Shown: positions 54,058-55,653 of the stretch, piece after piece | Layout: each line of letters starts with the position of its first letter | How positions within the stretch are numbered: position 1 is the stretch's first letter | Assembly: GCA_041302385.1 (NCBI GenBank) | Contig: JBFYRF010000095.1 | Location: 1-55,653, forward strand | Reading direction: 5' to 3' | DNA length: 55,653 nt | DNA from: Anaerolineales bacterium | GTDB taxonomy: Bacteria; Chloroflexota; Anaerolineae; Anaerolineales; E44-bin32 | Program-made: the position numbers and the translations under genes | Notes under the pieces: generated by a model | What the model was told of the DNA's origin: nothing | Databases searched by the model: none | The model's input: the letters and a program-made list of their open reading frames with translations, nothing else

Positions 54058-54618
54058 TCAGTGACAATCGACCAGGTCGCGGATCGCTGCCAGCTTCGCC
54101 GGGCCGATGCCCGGGACATCCAGCAGCTGGTCGACTGCCTGGAATGGGCCGTGAGCTTGGCGATACTCGACGATGGCGTCTGCCAGGCTCGGGCCGATCC
54201 CCGGGAGAAGGTCGAGCTCGGCGGCGGTGGCGCTGTTCAAGGGGATAAGCGCCGAATCGGAAGGTGGGGCCGCTGCAGACGAGCCTGCTTCGAGGCGGGG
54301 CTCGGCCTCGGCAGCCGGCACGACCAACCGCTCACCGTCAGCCACTGCGGCCGCCAGGTTGAGCGCACCGAGCTGTGCCTTGCTCGTCGCGCCACCGGCG
54401 GCCTGGATCGCCTCGGCAACGATCGAGCCCGCGGGGAGGCTGATCACTCCGGGCTGGACGACCGCCCCAGAAACGTGCACCCGCAACGGAGGGGGAGTGG
54501 GTGGAGGGTCAAGCAGGATGGGATGGCCGCGCGGCGGCGACAGCAAGAGGAACAACAGCCCCGACGCCAGCAGGCCGCTGAACAACCCCCCGATGAAGGG
54601 CGCTGCCTGTCGGAGCAT
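54058..54618 (-). CDS. comEA: ComEA-family helix-hairpin-helix DNA-binding competence protein
   Basis: N-terminal TM, an SLBB-like VHVSGAVVQPGV region, and C-terminal tandem HhH LNSATAAELDLLPGIGPSLADAIV...LLDVPGIGPAKL. ATG at 54618, or GTG at 54624. Confidence 0.85.
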   Translation of the reverse strand: MLRQAAPFIGGLFSGLLASGLLFLLLSPPRGHPILLDPPPTPPPLRVHVSGAVVQPGVISLPAGSIVAEAIQAAGGATSKAQLGALNLAAAVADGERLVVPAAEAEPRLEAGSSAAAPPSDSALIPLNSATAAELDLLPGIGPSLADAIVEYRQAHGPFQAVDQLLDVPGIGPAKLAAIRDLVDCH

Positions 54619-54810
54619 GTTCACCCCCTGTCTCCGCCGGCACCAGAGTCAGTCTACATCAAACGCCAAGCCCCGCCAACGGGTGGCTGGCTCGGCGTCC
54701 GGGTACGCTGCCTGGCCGGGCCGCCTTCACGCGAGCCGGCCGTGGCGTCGGACTATCGCGGAGTGGTGGGCGGTTGGTGGTCACTGGGGCATGGCCAGGG
54801 ACCAGAAGTA

Positions 54811-54870
54811 GGGGATCGCCACCCCCCCCGCCCATCTCCCGTGGGACGCTTTTCCCTCCCCGCCTGCATG
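54811..54870. repeat. copy A of a C/G-rich intergenic repeat of about 60 bp
   Basis: GGGGATCGCCACCCCCCCCGCCCATCTCCCGTGGGACGCTTTTCCCTCCCCGCCTGCATG aligns without gaps to 55046-55106 at about 43 of 61 positions. Shared blocks are GGGGAT, CCAT.TCCC, GGAC and TTTCCCTCC..CTGCA. Confidence 0.6.
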
Positions 54871-55040
54871 CGGTGGTTGATGCCGACCTCCGGTCTCCGG
54901 GTGAGACCACCGGCCGAGTGTCGGCTTGACGCTCGCGATCGCGGCTGGGTTGCCTCAGAGTAAGGATCTGCTTGAATGCGCTCGGCGAGGGAGCATCCTG
55001 CAACCGCCCGGCGTCTGAGACTCGTTTCCCAGGGGACCGG

Positions 55041-55107
55041 GGGGAGGGGATGCCAATCCCCTCCCCCCATGTCCCCTAGGACCCCTTTCCCTCCACCTCT
55101 GCACACC
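55041..55107. repeat. copy B of the same repeat, with a perfect 11-bp palindromic hairpin
   Basis: GGGGAGGGGAT-gcca-ATCCCCTCCCC (55041-55066), followed by CCATGTCCCCTAGGACCCCTTTCCCTCCACCTCTGCA. Confidence 0.6.
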
Positions 55108-55469
55108 TGCACCTGCGCCACACCGCAGGCCGTCTCGCCCCGGCGGTCCGCCGGGGCTTGCGGCCCGAACGGGGTGCGGTGCAGGTGAGCGGCGGTTGTG
55201 AGGCAATGCAGACGGCTTCACGATCCGCCGCACGGGTGCCGGTTCGCCGCTCGTGCCCTTGACTGGGCAGCGCCTCAAGGCTCCAACGTCAATCCCGATG
55301 CGGTAGCGGGAAGAGGAAGAAGGGGGAGATCCGCTGCACATGTGGCAAGCCGGTCTACGTGGGGAAGCCTGGAATGTTCCTTGGCGGCACAGCGAAGGCC
55401 AAGCGTGGGGTTGCGCGGCGGGTCGTCGCGGCTAGGAAAGACCCCGTTCTCCGCCGCTTGGCGGGGGTT

Positions 55470-55581
55470 CGGGGGATGCAATCCCCCGGACTCCCGCTCC
55501 CCCTCGGGGGAGCGGGAAGGGGTGAGGGGGCGAGCTTCCGCACGCGGCGAGCGGGAAGGGGCGACGGGGCGAAGGGGTGAG
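55470..55581. repeat. cluster of related G-rich palindromes and direct repeats
   Basis: Hairpin CGGGGGAT-gca-ATCCCCCG (55470-55488). Hairpin TCCCGCTCCCCC/GGGGGAGCGGGA (55492-55517). A 25-nt direct repeat GAGCGGGAAGGGGTGAGGGGGCGAG (55510-55534) and GAGCGGGAAGGGGCGACGGGGCGAA (55549-55573). Confidence 0.65.
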
Positions 55582-55610
55582 AATCGGCGCACTGGCACTA
55601 AAATCGCCGC

Positions 55611-55653
55611 ATGTCCTCCTACTTCACCCGCCAGGGCGATGATGGATACTCTG
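55611..55653 (+). CDS. 5' end of a gene, possibly a PduO-type ATP:cob(I)alamin adenosyltransferase
   Basis: MSSYFTRQGDDGYS.. resembles the (I/Y)(Y/F)T(R/K)xGDxGxT N-terminus of PduO-type adenosyltransferases. Only 14 codons are in the window. Confidence 0.35.
   Translation, partial: MSSYFTRQGDDGYS

Noticed and set aside
53683-54963. 426-aa plus-strand ORF opposite mutM and comEA, and the 525-aa ORF 33827..35404 opposite the unknown and creatininase-fold genes
   Set aside because: Both are antisense to genes with clear catalytic motifs and have composition typical of non-coding frames.
54811-55581. CRISPR array interpretation of the repeated G/C-rich units
   Set aside because: The repeats are imperfect, differ in length, are irregularly spaced (about 235 and 400 bp apart), are partly palindromic or inverted, and no cas genes are present.

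Overview
This is a GC-rich bacterial chromosomal segment. Thr/Pro- and Ala/Pro-rich lipoprotein linkers, GC-rich palindromic intergenic repeats and a giant SecA suggest a Chloroflexota-like monoderm, but that is a low-confidence inference. I can support about 53 protein genes and one tRNA-Leu(UAA). I found no rRNA, CRISPR array, transposase, integrase or recognisable defence genes. Layout: (1) a minus-strand block with pdhABC-type 2-oxoacid dehydrogenase genes, a repeat lipoprotein, bacterioferritin, a PucC-like MFS transporter, and a compact Mycobacterium-type CysO/CysM/Mec/MoeZ cysteine operon behind a good promoter and a SAM-riboswitch-like leader. (2) A cell-wall trio (amidase plus two L,D-transpeptidases), a thioredoxin-TPR protein and an orphan molybdoenzyme. 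(3) A catabolic/transport island of about 24 kb (19.7-44.1 kb): a nitroreductase/V4R-like/CoA-transferase AB/ferredoxin operon; IclR plus a sugar ABC system; two tandem esterases; Ldh_2 plus MDR dehydrogenases; and an IclR/cupin/unknown/creatininase-fold/tungsten-AOR/MoaD-like string followed by LIV-type ABC genes and a Tat-less reductive-dehalogenase-like protein. (4) Housekeeping genes secA, add, mutM and comEA. The most unusual point is that the CysO sulfur carrier does not stop at its Gly-Gly. It reads into a DUF4395-like membrane domain that is itself interrupted by a single in-frame TGA, next to a JAMM protease, a monothiol thioredoxin-fold protein and MoeZ. A second, free Gly-Gly carrier is coupled to the AOR gene. 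There are also several unusually long ORF-free GC-rich spacers (0.44-0.99 kb), one of which carries a family of palindromic repeats. All family assignments come from motif reading by eye and need HMM or covariance-model confirmation.
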